Virus record (IMG/VR): IMGVR_UViG_3300005973_000002
DNA length: 64,000 bases
Reading direction: 5' to 3' (one strand)
Source: a virus
Taxonomy: Duplodnaviria; Caudoviricetes
Shown: positions 22,270 to 31,967 of the stretch, in pieces
Numbering within the stretch: position 1 is the stretch's first letter
Layout of the letters: the number at the start of each line of letters is the position of its first letter
Translations under genes and position numbers: made by a program
Notes under the pieces: model-generated
What the model was told of the DNA's origin: nothing
Database searches by the model: none
The model's input: only the letters and a program-made list of their open reading frames with translations

Positions 22270-22872
22270 CTATTTGGGAGCCACCTCACGGAAATTGGTT
22301 AGCATTGAATTTCGTACCGGTTTCCATTTTTCTTCGTAATGCTGCCAATCTTCACTCAAATCATCCATTATTTCTTTAAAAAGATGATTAACTTCGCTGT
22401 ATCTAAAAATAGATCGTGAAGTTGCAATCTGGATTCCGAAGCTAATGATTCTGATTGAGTGCCACAAAGACTTCTTGCCTCGCTCAAGTTCTTTTTCACG
22501 ATCATACGGCGAAACAAATTTTTTCTTAGCTTTGACCCAGGAATGACTAGACTTCTCTGAAAGAGAGTGCCTTAGTCTAGCTTTATCCAGTTTAAACTTC
22601 CAAGGAACATCAGGTTGAATAAGAACCTTGTCACTTGGAAGATGATAGCACTCCAAGGCCATAATGTGATGTTCATCTAACAAACGTTGGAAATGATTTG
22701 GAGTGAGATACCTGATATTAATCAAACCCTTGTTCATTTCGCCTAGACGAACCTGATCCTTTATTGCGACATAGTCCCAATCTGAATCAGAACGAGCAGT
22801 GCCATACACTCTGCTCCCAAAAGGATAAAGTGCATAGTAACTGTCCTTAGGCAATTGAGGTTGATGTTGCAC
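22270..22872 (-). CDS. Pol-beta superfamily nucleotidyltransferase (RlaP-like)
   Basis: YPFGSRVYGTARSDSDWDY (GS...DxD motif) plus a C-terminal helical domain (KKSLWHSIRIISFGIQI). Confidence 0.78.
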   Translation of the reverse strand: MQHQPQLPKDSYYALYPFGSRVYGTARSDSDWDYVAIKDQVRLGEMNKGLINIRYLTPNHFQRLLDEHHIMALECYHLPSDKVLIQPDVPWKFKLDKARLRHSLSEKSSHSWVKAKKKFVSPYDREKELERGKKSLWHSIRIISFGIQIATSRSIFRYSEVNHLFKEIMDDLSEDWQHYEEKWKPVRNSMLTNFREVAPK

Positions 22873-22873
22873 A

Positions 22874-24460
22874 CTAACCTCGATATCGATTAATCAGGGA
22901 CTCCACCTCAGTCTGGAGTAAATCACTTCTTCGACCCGCAGAAAATGGCATTTCATCGAATTCACGGATTACACGAGCCTCACAGGTCATGAAATCATCA
23001 GTGAAGCCAGGGCCGAAAGGTTCATCAGAAGTGCCATCGTAATAGGTAACCAATGCATCATCACCAAGTTCGCCAGGTGCCGCAAGAGTGACCCCAGAGG
23101 TAAGGGCAATATCATCACGGAGAACCATGCATTCTGGGAGAGTCTGCTTACCAGGAGAATTGCTCAACTTGATAACTGGACGATCGTCGTTGCCGACAGC
23201 ACAGAGAGCAAATTTGGTGCTCATGTGGTCCCTGTTGATATTGTTACGAAGATGCCCGCCAATACTGAAAATACCACATCGCCATGGAACAAAACCGGCC
23301 GCAAGAGCTGCGTCGGTAATTTGAAGAACACTATCAAACGATTCACCGTTACCAACAATAAATCGAAGCGTGGTAGAAACATGACGTGTGACACCATCAG
23401 CACACAAGTGCTCAGCCATAAGCCCAGCCTGATGTGCCTTTTGTAGAGTACCAATCACCATATCTGTCGAATCGCCTGAATCAGGACGGGCAACAACGGT
23501 TCTTCCAGAGCCATCCGCCTGAGCCCTAAGGGCAAGGGGGATAAGGTGTTTCTCAAGCGCAGCCCAATAATCATAACAATCACCAACCATGCTGAGTAAT
23601 TCGTGATTGTCAGCAGTATCGTACATGTTCTCATAACAGTCGCCTTCGACTGCATAACCCTGCACGATGCGATGCGCAAGAGCTTTCACCGAAGAGCCAA
23701 AAGCAGCTGGTGCGCCATTTTTCCAGTTCTGGAAAGCAGCACGGAACGTGTCCGTACCAAACCAGACATAGTTGTGAACCCGACCCACCAATTCCGATTC
23801 CATTGGAGATGCTGCTGCCCTGTCGCCGAAATCATGAATCATGAGTCGGGCAAAAAACATGCACTCCTCGTCGCTAACCGAGTCAGGCTCAAATTTCCTG
23901 ATGAGATTGTAGGCATACTTCAAAAAGTGTCGAGCGGCGGTCAAACGCTCCGTGGCAGCCCAAACATGCAGCAGGGTGGACTCGAACCAAGGAACCAGCG
24001 GTCCAAACCCAGGCTCTGTAGCCTCCACCCTGAGGAATGGCTCGTGCGGATAAATTACAGAGCCTTCGGGCATTCCAACGACCTTGAGTGGAAGGTAGCC
24101 TCCGTATTCCTTGACGACTCGTCGCCACATTTCCTCAGGAAATTCGAAATCGTCAAAAGATCCGTCGTACTTTGCCTTTCGGCCCTTCAAAAATTCGATA
24201 GTCTCATCGATTTCGGAATTGGTGATCGGATCGTAAAAAAGCAAGTCGCAAAGCTGTTGCAAACCAGCAAAGACAATACGCTGGTCTTCAGGCGAATAAA
24301 ACGGCTCATGTGCATGAGGAAACTTCCTGAAAGTACCGTAATACTTGGAATTTTCCGTAGCCTCTTGGCTCTCGAAGGTAAATCCGTTAATGGTGTAAGC
24401 GTCACTCCAGAGCATTCTGGGTGTTCTATGATATCTTCTTGCGGGTAGTTTCTTTGCCAT
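22874..24460 (-). CDS. nadV: Nicotinamide phosphoribosyltransferase (NAMPT/NadV family)
   Basis: SDAYT, VFAGLQ, GYLPLKVVGMPEGS, FESTLL, HDFGDR, GTDT, DCYD, VARPDSGD, IGGHL, RDHMSTKFA, PGKQTL. Confidence 0.88.
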   Translation of the reverse strand: MAKKLPARRYHRTPRMLWSDAYTINGFTFESQEATENSKYYGTFRKFPHAHEPFYSPEDQRIVFAGLQQLCDLLFYDPITNSEIDETIEFLKGRKAKYDGSFDDFEFPEEMWRRVVKEYGGYLPLKVVGMPEGSVIYPHEPFLRVEATEPGFGPLVPWFESTLLHVWAATERLTAARHFLKYAYNLIRKFEPDSVSDEECMFFARLMIHDFGDRAAASPMESELVGRVHNYVWFGTDTFRAAFQNWKNGAPAAFGSSVKALAHRIVQGYAVEGDCYENMYDTADNHELLSMVGDCYDYWAALEKHLIPLALRAQADGSGRTVVARPDSGDSTDMVIGTLQKAHQAGLMAEHLCADGVTRHVSTTLRFIVGNGESFDSVLQITDAALAAGFVPWRCGIFSIGGHLRNNINRDHMSTKFALCAVGNDDRPVIKLSNSPGKQTLPECMVLRDDIALTSGVTLAAPGELGDDALVTYYDGTSDEPFGPGFTDDFMTCEARVIREFDEMPFSAGRRSDLLQTEVESLINRYRG

Positions 24461-24571
24461 GCGGCCTCCTATGGAGCCAGACTAACACTAAGTGGTGGGC
24501 GTGTAAAGCCCAAAAGCTCTTAGCTTTATCACCACTTGAGTTAGTTTACCATAAGTTGGCTAGGATTTGAA
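24461..24571 (-). promoter_or_regulatory. Structured 5' leader occluding the NAMPT ribosome-binding site
   Basis: Nested helices TCCTA/TAGGA, AGCCA/TGGCT, ACTAAC/GTTAGT and AAGTGG/CCACTT close the hairpins AAAGC/GCTTT and TGGGC/GCCCA. Confidence 0.6.
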
Positions 24572-24898
24572 CTAGACTTTAAAGCTCGACCCGCAGCCGC
24601 AAGTCGACTTTGCTTTAGGGTTGATAAATTTGAAACCAGCACCCATTAGGCCATCTACATAATCAATGATTGAACCTTCTATGTAAGTCATCGACATCAT
24701 ATCAACAACAACTTTTATTTCGCCAAATTCAAAGACATGGTCAGTGTCATTAACATTTTCCTCTTCTTCAAAAAAGAGATCATGGGTATATCCAGAACAT
24801 CCACCACCCTTAATTCCTGTACGAATTATTGGCGTCAAATCTTCCTTTTGGGCGATTTCTTTAACCTTATCTACTGCTTTATCAGTTAGTTCTAACAT
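24572..24898 (-). CDS. iscA: A-type Fe-S cluster carrier (IscA/ErpA/HesB)
   Basis: GIKGGGCSGY, IEGSIIDYVDGLMGAGFKFINP, STCGCGSSF. Confidence 0.96.
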   Translation of the reverse strand: MLELTDKAVDKVKEIAQKEDLTPIIRTGIKGGGCSGYTHDLFFEEEENVNDTDHVFEFGEIKVVVDMMSMTYIEGSIIDYVDGLMGAGFKFINPKAKSTCGCGSSFKV

Positions 24899-25610
24899 GT
24901 GTCTTTTACTCGCTTTCTTGATTTAGACGGAGGCTTCATAATCGAAAGTGAAGACAAAAAATCGCTAATATCAATCCAAACATTACCACCACCAATAATG
25001 CAAAACTGATAATATTCTGGAAACTTATCGTGCCTTTCCAAAAACATCATCTTAGAGTTTTTTGGAACCGTGGTCAAGATCTGCTTAAAATAATGCCAGG
25101 TTTTATATGATCCACGCTTGCCAGGTTTTGTTGTCCGTGCAGCATTAATTTCGTCCAACGTTTTAACGAGCGTTCCTTGCTTCATGAGCATAAAACTATC
25201 TAGTTTTGGAAGTCGACCACCATTTTGGATGTACCGTAATGTGAAATCTTTGTTTTTATTAGCAAGTTTACGGCTATAGCCGGATTTTGAAAGGTTTATT
25301 GCCCTCGTGGTAATAGCTTTATTAAGCATTGTTTTTCTTTTTTTGTTAAACATATCAGCAAAGCGAGCAGTCACTCAAATGTTCTCTAAACATGTTTATA
25401 GCTTCGTCTACAGCTTTGTAAAGCTTATCATGAACACTTGTCTTAAATGAACAAGCAGGTTCATTACCAAGTTTTGACTTGGTCCAAATGGTAATAGAAA
25501 ACTTATCATTCGGCAATTTGTTCAATTGCCATCCAAAAGCCGAGTCTAATTCACCAAATTTATCAGAGAGATTCATTGAATTAATTATTCTTCCTATTTT
25601 ATCTTGATGT

Positions 25611-26186
25611 TTAATCAACATCAACAATCTTGCCTTGAATGAGTGCTTTATCCTGAAACACGTCATCGAAGAATGGAATAACAAACTTTCTTCCCTTGTA
25701 AAGGGTATAGAAATCTTCTACATCCTGTGCTAATGGCAAAATCACACGAGATTTTACAGTCATGTTGTCCCCATGTGTTTCTATCAATTCGGCCATACTC
25801 CCTTCGGGAGTCTTTTCTACAAAAATAACTGAATCCTGTTCAAAAGCCGAACCCAATCTCATTATGTCATCCTTGGTAATATTTGGAACGACAAATGGTC
25901 TTTCGACATTTCCATATCTACCACTAACCTGATAGAAACCATACCCAAGTTCTCTAAGCTCTTCTGCCAATTCACGATTTCTTTCTCGGTTTTGCTTTGG
26001 AGTTAGCTTTTGTGCCATTGGATTTTCAGCTGTAATGATTCCAATGGTGTCAATACTTGGCTCCATTCCAGCCAAACTACGCACTAGTCGAGCATAACCG
26101 CCTTCCTCAAGGTGTTCTTCATTGAGCATGCCGACAATTCGTCGGACTTCTTTTCGTATGATTTCTTTTAAAATTTTATCAATCAT
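25611..26186 (-). CDS. DUF3293-like protein
   Basis: GIITAENP...QNRERNRELAEEL...GRYGNVERPFVV...LGSAFEQDSVIF. Confidence 0.6.
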   Translation of the reverse strand: MIDKILKEIIRKEVRRIVGMLNEEHLEEGGYARLVRSLAGMEPSIDTIGIITAENPMAQKLTPKQNRERNRELAEELRELGYGFYQVSGRYGNVERPFVVPNITKDDIMRLGSAFEQDSVIFVEKTPEGSMAELIETHGDNMTVKSRVILPLAQDVEDFYTLYKGRKFVIPFFDDVFQDKALIQGKIVDVD

Positions 26187-26560
26187 GGTAATGCTAAATA
26201 TTACTTGGACTAGGCAGCTTAACTAAAATTTTACCATTTACCATTGCTTGCGAATTGAAGTCTGCGCCCATAAGCCAGCCCCTAACGATTCCGTTGGAAG
26301 AATGATGAACTTGCCTTAGGTATTCTTCCTTTATAGAAACAAGCACAAGATTCCAATCTTTCTTCCGGAAGCCGTTTGGAAAAAATATAGAATCAATCAT
26401 GTCTCTAAAAAGTAGGTTTATTTCATCCATTGACTGAAGTTGATCATTTTCACTGGCAAATGTCGGCTTTTCATCAGTTGCCCAAACAAAAATAATAGGA
26501 TCAGAATTACCAAGGGCACTAATGCAAAACTTTTCTAGTTCTTGTTGACCTACTACGAGT

Positions 26561-27139
26561 TCAGACCTCAGCCTGGTCTCCCCACACGTCCCAGCCTGTG
26601 ACTTTTCCTCTTGCGAAAACTTCGATTCTGGGTCTTTTGCCATAAGCTTGTTCGATAAGCTTACGAAATATAGCAGGTTTTGAACTGTGTGATTTTTTAC
26701 CACTAACCCTTGGAGCCAAAACAACATGTGGAAGTTTTTCGTCCAAAAGTTTAAAGGGCCGACCTTGCTTACTCGTAGTTGCTAACAATAAGTATTCAGT
26801 TGTTGGCTTACTGTAAGTAGCACGAATACCCTGGCCATTAATGATACCATTGTCGCTCTTGCGAGTTTTTACCCAGACATGAGCAACGCCCCTAAATTGC
26901 AAACCCCATGCTTCAATGGCTTCGATTGCAAAATGCAAACGTGGACTTGTTGCCCAGCAAAAAACAGCACCTGGTTTATTCAGGATATTGCGAATAGGAA
27001 GCTTTTTGATATCATCCACAGACATCAAATTGTAGTGCTTGCCGGCAGCAGCATTTTTATTTGGATCACCGTAGTATGGCCACGGTGGATCAATATAGAC
27101 TATGTCGTATTTCTTATTTGGCCACACAAGACTGGACAT
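26561..27139 (-). CDS. MT-A70 family N6-adenine methyltransferase
   Basis: YDIVYIDPPWPY, HYNLMSVDDIKKLPI, WGLQFRG...WVK, TEYLLLA, HSSKP, RIEVFAR...GWDVWGDQ. Confidence 0.93.
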   Translation of the reverse strand: MSSLVWPNKKYDIVYIDPPWPYYGDPNKNAAAGKHYNLMSVDDIKKLPIRNILNKPGAVFCWATSPRLHFAIEAIEAWGLQFRGVAHVWVKTRKSDNGIINGQGIRATYSKPTTEYLLLATTSKQGRPFKLLDEKLPHVVLAPRVSGKKSHSSKPAIFRKLIEQAYGKRPRIEVFARGKVTGWDVWGDQAEV

Positions 27140-27159
27140 TGTTACCTTACTTGTTTATT

Positions 27160-28407
27160 TCAGCCGGTCCTTTTAGTTAAATCAAAATGCGTTTCAATGA
27201 AGTTGATAACCATTTCAGGATCAGCCGTTGAGCGGAAAAGAACGTTAGGACCATGTTTGTCTAACATGACAGCCCCAATCTTATCCGACTCAAATAGTTT
27301 AATACCACTAGCAGTGTTTTGTCCACACTGATGCGAACCACACTCAAAGAACTTTTGAGAAACCTTAGGAATAACATTTTTAGTTTTCATTTCGCAATGA
27401 AAATGAACAACGCAATCAAATTGATCATATTGTCGAAGCAATTCAAATTGACTTCGTACACCCGCACTAGGCTTTCCACCAATCGATTCGACAATTTCAT
27501 TGTCAGAAAATGACACCATGGCAAGATCAAGCCCACCAGGTTCATTATAATTCTGTTTTCTTCTCGAAGAGAAGATACACTTTTCATTAACCAAGAATCC
27601 AAAATGACCAACGGTTTTGCCATCGAAAGCTTGGTAAGCCCCTCGTTTTACACAATGTTCAACTACGGTCTTCAGCGTAGAAGGAGCTGTATGCCATGCA
27701 ATGGGTACATCGGCCACAACTCTTGTTCTTGTAAATTCATTTGTTGAGCGAGCTAATGTAATATCGATTAATTCATTCAATGCTTCAAAACGATCAGTGG
27801 TTTTTCCGTAGGCAGCCATTTCTGGCGTAAGAATCATATTCATGCGAGTATGAACATCATTAGCGAGGACAAGATTGCAACTGTTTTGCTTTAACAGTTT
27901 CATACCTGCTTCAAACTGCTCCTCTTCGGTTGCGCCAGCTGTTGTTTTAAAGCCTACCAAAAAAATGTCCTTCCTCGTTTTGCGAATACGACCAATGATC
28001 TTATCCGCTGGTTTCATTGAAAGCATGTGTAAACCATTTGATGTCTTCAGCCTTGGTTGTTCTTTTCCAGACTCGGTTACTCCAACATTATATTCATTTC
28101 CAGCGAGCACATTACCCTCAAAATCACAGAGTGCAGCACTCATGAAGAGGATTTTTGGTGCTGGATCATCCAGCAAATTGTCAATAAGCTTGGAAATGTC
28201 ATCGTTTGTTTCAAGCGAATCCCCACCAGCCATTCTTGTTAGGTGGAGTTGAATTTTTCGATTTGAATCCTTAGATAGGATTAAATTCCTGAGGATTTTC
28301 GCTGTTTTGCCGTAGGCTGGAGCGCTTAGCGCTAAATGTGGCCTGATATGGAAAACAGTTCCTCCACCGATAATATGAATTTCTTTGGTAGCTTCTTTTG
28401 GCGACAT
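27160..28407 (-). CDS. CoaB (phosphopantothenate-cysteine ligase)-like domain fused to a class II aldolase/adducin-like domain
   Basis: IIGGGT..., MSAALCDF, FLVGFKT, NSCNLVLAND (CoaB-like). The C-terminal PSAG...VVHFHC...ECGS...HGP resembles the aldolase II metal site. Confidence 0.7.
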   Translation of the reverse strand: MSPKEATKEIHIIGGGTVFHIRPHLALSAPAYGKTAKILRNLILSKDSNRKIQLHLTRMAGGDSLETNDDISKLIDNLLDDPAPKILFMSAALCDFEGNVLAGNEYNVGVTESGKEQPRLKTSNGLHMLSMKPADKIIGRIRKTRKDIFLVGFKTTAGATEEEQFEAGMKLLKQNSCNLVLANDVHTRMNMILTPEMAAYGKTTDRFEALNELIDITLARSTNEFTRTRVVADVPIAWHTAPSTLKTVVEHCVKRGAYQAFDGKTVGHFGFLVNEKCIFSSRRKQNYNEPGGLDLAMVSFSDNEIVESIGGKPSAGVRSQFELLRQYDQFDCVVHFHCEMKTKNVIPKVSQKFFECGSHQCGQNTASGIKLFESDKIGAVMLDKHGPNVLFRSTADPEMVINFIETHFDLTKRTG

Positions 28408-28475
28408 GTTCCACCCCTCTAAGGGTTAGAGTGTTTACCACAAACCTACCAAGCCAGTGAAACTTTTTGAAGTGA

Positions 28476-29030
28476 TTATCTTGACCGGCGTCGTATTACT
28501 ACTTGTTGGTCAACAATTGTTGATAACAAATGGGGAGTTGGATCTAACAGCTGTGGAGGTTTTGGGAATTGATAACTCCAAGTAACTCGCTTTCGTGTTC
28601 CAATGGAATATAGTTCTAGATGTAGCATGCAGGTATCTTTTCGTCGCTTTTTCTTATTAATTCGGATTACGTTGCCTACAATCTCCCCAGCTTTTACCTC
28701 TTGGCCAATTTTTAGACCATTTCTCTCCTTCACGTTACAATAAGCAACAACACCAGTTTTGCCTTCAATTAAAATAACCCTGGTTCTATTGAGCCAGGGT
28801 TTGTTTTCTTTATGTTTGCTAAAATCTCTTATGCTTACAACAATTCCATCTTCTACTGCGGCGAGTGGTTGATTATGATCACAAAATAAATCAACGCCAG
28901 TATGACGATTATATGGACGCTTCGCTCCGAAACCTGCTGGATGATATTTGCCGTTGGGCAATGCCCAAGTGCATCCGGGGAGCGGTGATTTCCAATTTGA
29001 TTGGGTATCAGTATTAATTGTTTTATTCAT
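28476..29030 (-). CDS. M23 family metallopeptidase
   Basis: HTGVDL (HxxxD), AVEDGIVV, GQEVKAGEIVG, HLELY. Confidence 0.85.
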   Translation of the reverse strand: MNKTINTDTQSNWKSPLPGCTWALPNGKYHPAGFGAKRPYNRHTGVDLFCDHNQPLAAVEDGIVVSIRDFSKHKENKPWLNRTRVILIEGKTGVVAYCNVKERNGLKIGQEVKAGEIVGNVIRINKKKRRKDTCMLHLELYSIGTRKRVTWSYQFPKPPQLLDPTPHLLSTIVDQQVVIRRRSR

Positions 29031-29329
29031 GTCTAATCTCTTCTAAGTCCTGCTCAAAGAATATTAGTTTTCTTTTTCCTATTAGTAATTCAACAGCTGG
29101 TTCATGTTCTCTTGATAGAAATGCAACTTGAACCTTTCTTAACTCCAGACCTATTAAGTCGGTAAAAATGTACTCAACCGGCAAAAACTCTGTGTTGACC
29201 AAATATATTGTTTCATCTTCATCGAGTCCAAAAATGGACAATGTTTCAACTGGTTCTTTTCGCTGAGCGGCTAATATCGGATTGACAAAATCAGTTTTAC
29301 TTATAGCCTCAAAAACTATAAGCAATGGA

Positions 29330-30097
29330 TCACGGATGGAAAGTTTGCATCTGTAAAGTGCCATAGCCATCTAAACGCTTTTTCATAATTGCTACAGCAT
29401 CTGGGTTTTCATCAACCAATGTTACGTTTCGTCCATGCATAGCCCCCGCCTCGCCAAGAGTGCCTGAACCCGCAAAGAAATCCAAAAGGTGTTCTCCAGG
29501 ATTTGAGTGTACTTTTACTATGCGTTCGATTATAGCCATTGGTTTTTGAGTTGGGTAGCCTAGTCTTTCTTTACCGTTTGTTGGAACGATAGTGTTCCAC
29601 CAAACATCTGTCGGTGTTTTGCCTCGCTTAGCCTTCTCGGCACCAACAAGACCCGGAGCCATATATGGGATGCGATCTATCGCATCGTAGTTATAAGTAT
29701 ATTTTTTCAAGTCTTTTACATACCAAAGAATGTTATCATGTTTACAGGGCCACTTGGTTTTAGGTCTTCCGCCATAATCATACGCCCAAATTATTTCATT
29801 TTTGAACTTTTCTCTACCAAAAATTTTATCACAAAGCACTTTTACATAGTGAATTTCACGGTAATCCATATGAATAAAAAATGAACCATCATCTGTAAGC
29901 AATCTTTTTGCTTCTTCAATTCTTGGCTTTATCCAATCTATAAAATCATCGAATTTATCTTTGTATGAACCATGATGACTTGATTGAACCTTTTTTGTAT
30001 TAAACGGAGGATCTATTACAATTAGATTAAATTTTTTATCAGGCAACGATCGCAATATTGGCAAATTGTCCCCTTGATAAATTTTAATTGTTGGCAT
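29330..30097 (-). CDS. DNA methyltransferase (N6A/N4C, beta class)
   Basis: QGDNL, VIDPPFN, KNEIIWAY, HDNILWY, YPTQKP, LDFFAGSGT. The start at ATG 30097 overlaps the endonuclease stop. Confidence 0.93.
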   Translation of the reverse strand: MPTIKIYQGDNLPILRSLPDKKFNLIVIDPPFNTKKVQSSHHGSYKDKFDDFIDWIKPRIEEAKRLLTDDGSFFIHMDYREIHYVKVLCDKIFGREKFKNEIIWAYDYGGRPKTKWPCKHDNILWYVKDLKKYTYNYDAIDRIPYMAPGLVGAEKAKRGKTPTDVWWNTIVPTNGKERLGYPTQKPMAIIERIVKVHSNPGEHLLDFFAGSGTLGEAGAMHGRNVTLVDENPDAVAIMKKRLDGYGTLQMQTFHP

Positions 30098-30860
30098 ACA
30101 AAAAGTTTCCTTCTTTACTGTTTCTTTTGCCATTGATGATAGCTGAAATTACTGGCTGTGGAATTCCTAATACTTTTGCTGCTTCATATTGGCTTTCAAA
30201 AAATTCGGATGAACCATCGGAACGAATGTAAACTATTCGTCTTTTATTTCGTTTGGGGCTTTGTGCACGAGACATAGCTTTTTCAACATCTTCCATTTTA
30301 TGAACAAAGGTCCAACCTTTAGCATATGTGGCACGACCTTTTAGAACATTTCTAATTGCTTTTTCGTTACAACCAAGAGCTTTTGCTGCTTTTTTTTGTG
30401 CGGCAAATTTTTTTATTTCTTTTGTTTTAACATTTATAGCTATCACTGCTTTACTGCCTGGTCTATTTGCAGCGATTTTTTTACAAGTTTCTAGGGGTAA
30501 CTTCTTACCCAATTTCCTTTTACGCTGCTTTTCCTTTGTTTTTTTAGAAGTCTTTACTCCCTTTCGTCCACCTCGACCACCCTTATCAGAATTAATCATA
30601 TTTAAGTTCGGCCAGAATTGTTGAATGTATTCAAATTCAGCTATGTAAGCCTCGTCTTCAGTTGAGAACTCTTTTATTAATTCTATTGATATACTATCTT
30701 TATATTTTTTAAGCCAATTCAACTTTCTTTTACGTTTTTTATCATAAAAATGTTGTTTTAACCGTTTTTCTAAAGTTTGGCCTGTAACTCCGATATAAAA
30801 TTTAGGACTTTTCGATGAAATGATTTTATAAAGCTTGTGCATATTAATATGTACGCACAT
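30084..30860 (-). mobile_element. Free-standing GIY-YIG homing endonuclease with NUMOD3/NUMOD1-type DNA-binding repeats
   Basis: KLYKI...FYIGVT...RLKQH...EFEYI...MIN, followed by KTSKKTKEKQRKRKLG and two HTH repeats (AAKALG, AAKVLGI). Confidence 0.85.
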
Positions 30861-30868
30861 AACCTAAA

Positions 30869-30970
30869 GTTATAAGGAGGATCAATATAAATAAGAGAAA
30901 AAGTCTCTTTGGGTAACGTTTTAAGAAACAGGAGATTGTCTCCCTGAATAATGTTTATTTTTGTACTCAT
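30869..30970 (-). pseudogene. Orphaned 5' stub of the methyltransferase (34 codons, ending DPPYN)
   Basis: IQGDNLLFLKTLPKETFSLIYIDPPYN aligns with YQGDNLPILRSLPDKKFNLIVIDPPFN of the downstream gene (16/27 identical by hand count). Confidence 0.85.
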
Positions 30971-30971
30971 A

Positions 30972-31433
30972 TCACAACAATGCAAGTAATACAATAATCC
31001 AAAGAAAAGTTAGGTGTAAAATTTGATCTACAGCAATAAACAAAATTGCATGTACAGGCGACTCTTTGAACAACTTACCAAACATCTTTTTAGAAGACAA
31101 ATACCGGTCTTCTCCTGGGCCTGAGTTCTTTGATAGTTCTGGAACTTTTCTTACGAACTTTGCCCACAAAAAAACCGGTATATAGGTATCAATGATGAAA
31201 TGAGAGAGAAAGAGGGTTAACAACGAAATGGGTAAGCCCCATCCACCAATACCTAACAAGAGTATAAATGGAACAAATGCAGCTGTGTAAATTATACAGT
31301 GTCTTCCACGGACAGAGAAGTCATGGTGTTTGTTGGTTGCTTCATCATGCGTTTGGAACAACCAATCAGCAAAAAAGTGAACAAAAGCAAGTAATGAAAA
31401 AACACCACCAGCTAATGCAAAAGTCTCTAACAT
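30972..31433 (-). CDS. DUF3307-like membrane protein
   Basis: HFFADWLFQT, H..IY, SHFIIDT, DQILH. Confidence 0.78.
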   Translation of the reverse strand: MLETFALAGGVFSLLAFVHFFADWLFQTHDEATNKHHDFSVRGRHCIIYTAAFVPFILLLGIGGWGLPISLLTLFLSHFIIDTYIPVFLWAKFVRKVPELSKNSGPGEDRYLSSKKMFGKLFKESPVHAILFIAVDQILHLTFLWIIVLLALL

Positions 31434-31512
31434 ATTTTTATTCCTTTATTGGGAAAGCCACAAACTCATTTATACTTAAGAGGGAACTACCTTAGAGAGA
31501 GGGTTTAATAAA

Positions 31513-31917
31513 ATGGCTATTAAGACTACAATCGGACCAAAAGGCGTTGTTTCCGAAAGAATTGCAGGTACCAGCGACGTACTCGTTGTTGATGTTGAGT
31601 CTCCACGTGAAAATGTAAGAACCATTACATCAGGCTCAGGTGTTATATCCGTAACTGGTGGAACTAACTTATTCATTGCTCCAGTTACCCCTACCGCTTC
31701 TCTTCCTGGCGTTGGAAGTGAAGAGGTTGGAACTCGTGTTCTTCTTATGAAGGATGATAACACTGCTACAGTTCTTGTTTCAGGAACCAACCCAATGAAC
31801 GCTGCCGACACTTTAGTATTGAATGATGCATTTGCACACCTTGAACTACTTGCTGTTAAAGGTGACGACGATGGCTCATTTGTTTGGCATGTTCTTCACA
31901 CCTCAGGCGTACTCTGA
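31513..31917 (+). CDS. Beta-rich hypothetical protein, possibly virion-associated; one of two plus-strand genes
   Basis: 134 aa, G/T/V/S-rich, with a purine-rich SD upstream and its own terminator downstream. Confidence 0.7.
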   Translation: MAIKTTIGPKGVVSERIAGTSDVLVVDVESPRENVRTITSGSGVISVTGGTNLFIAPVTPTASLPGVGSEEVGTRVLLMKDDNTATVLVSGTNPMNAADTLVLNDAFAHLELLAVKGDDDGSFVWHVLHTSGVL

Positions 31918-31937
31918 TTTAATCATATACCTCTCTT

Positions 31938-31962
31938 AGCCGCTCTTTCGAGAGCGGCTTTT
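31938..31962 (+). terminator. Rho-independent terminator between convergent genes
   Basis: AGCCGCTCT-TTCG-AGAGCGGCT followed by T residues. Confidence 0.88.
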
Positions 31963-31967
31963 GGTGC

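Noticed and set aside
23603-24448. 281-aa plus-strand ORF
   Set aside because: It is the antisense shadow of NAMPT, with no recognisable motifs or RBS. Most other plus-strand ORFs in the track were rejected for the same reason.
30084-30868. Group I intron in the methyltransferase
   Set aside because: There is no terminal G before the resumed coding sequence, no visible P7 core, and the downstream gene has its own duplicated start.
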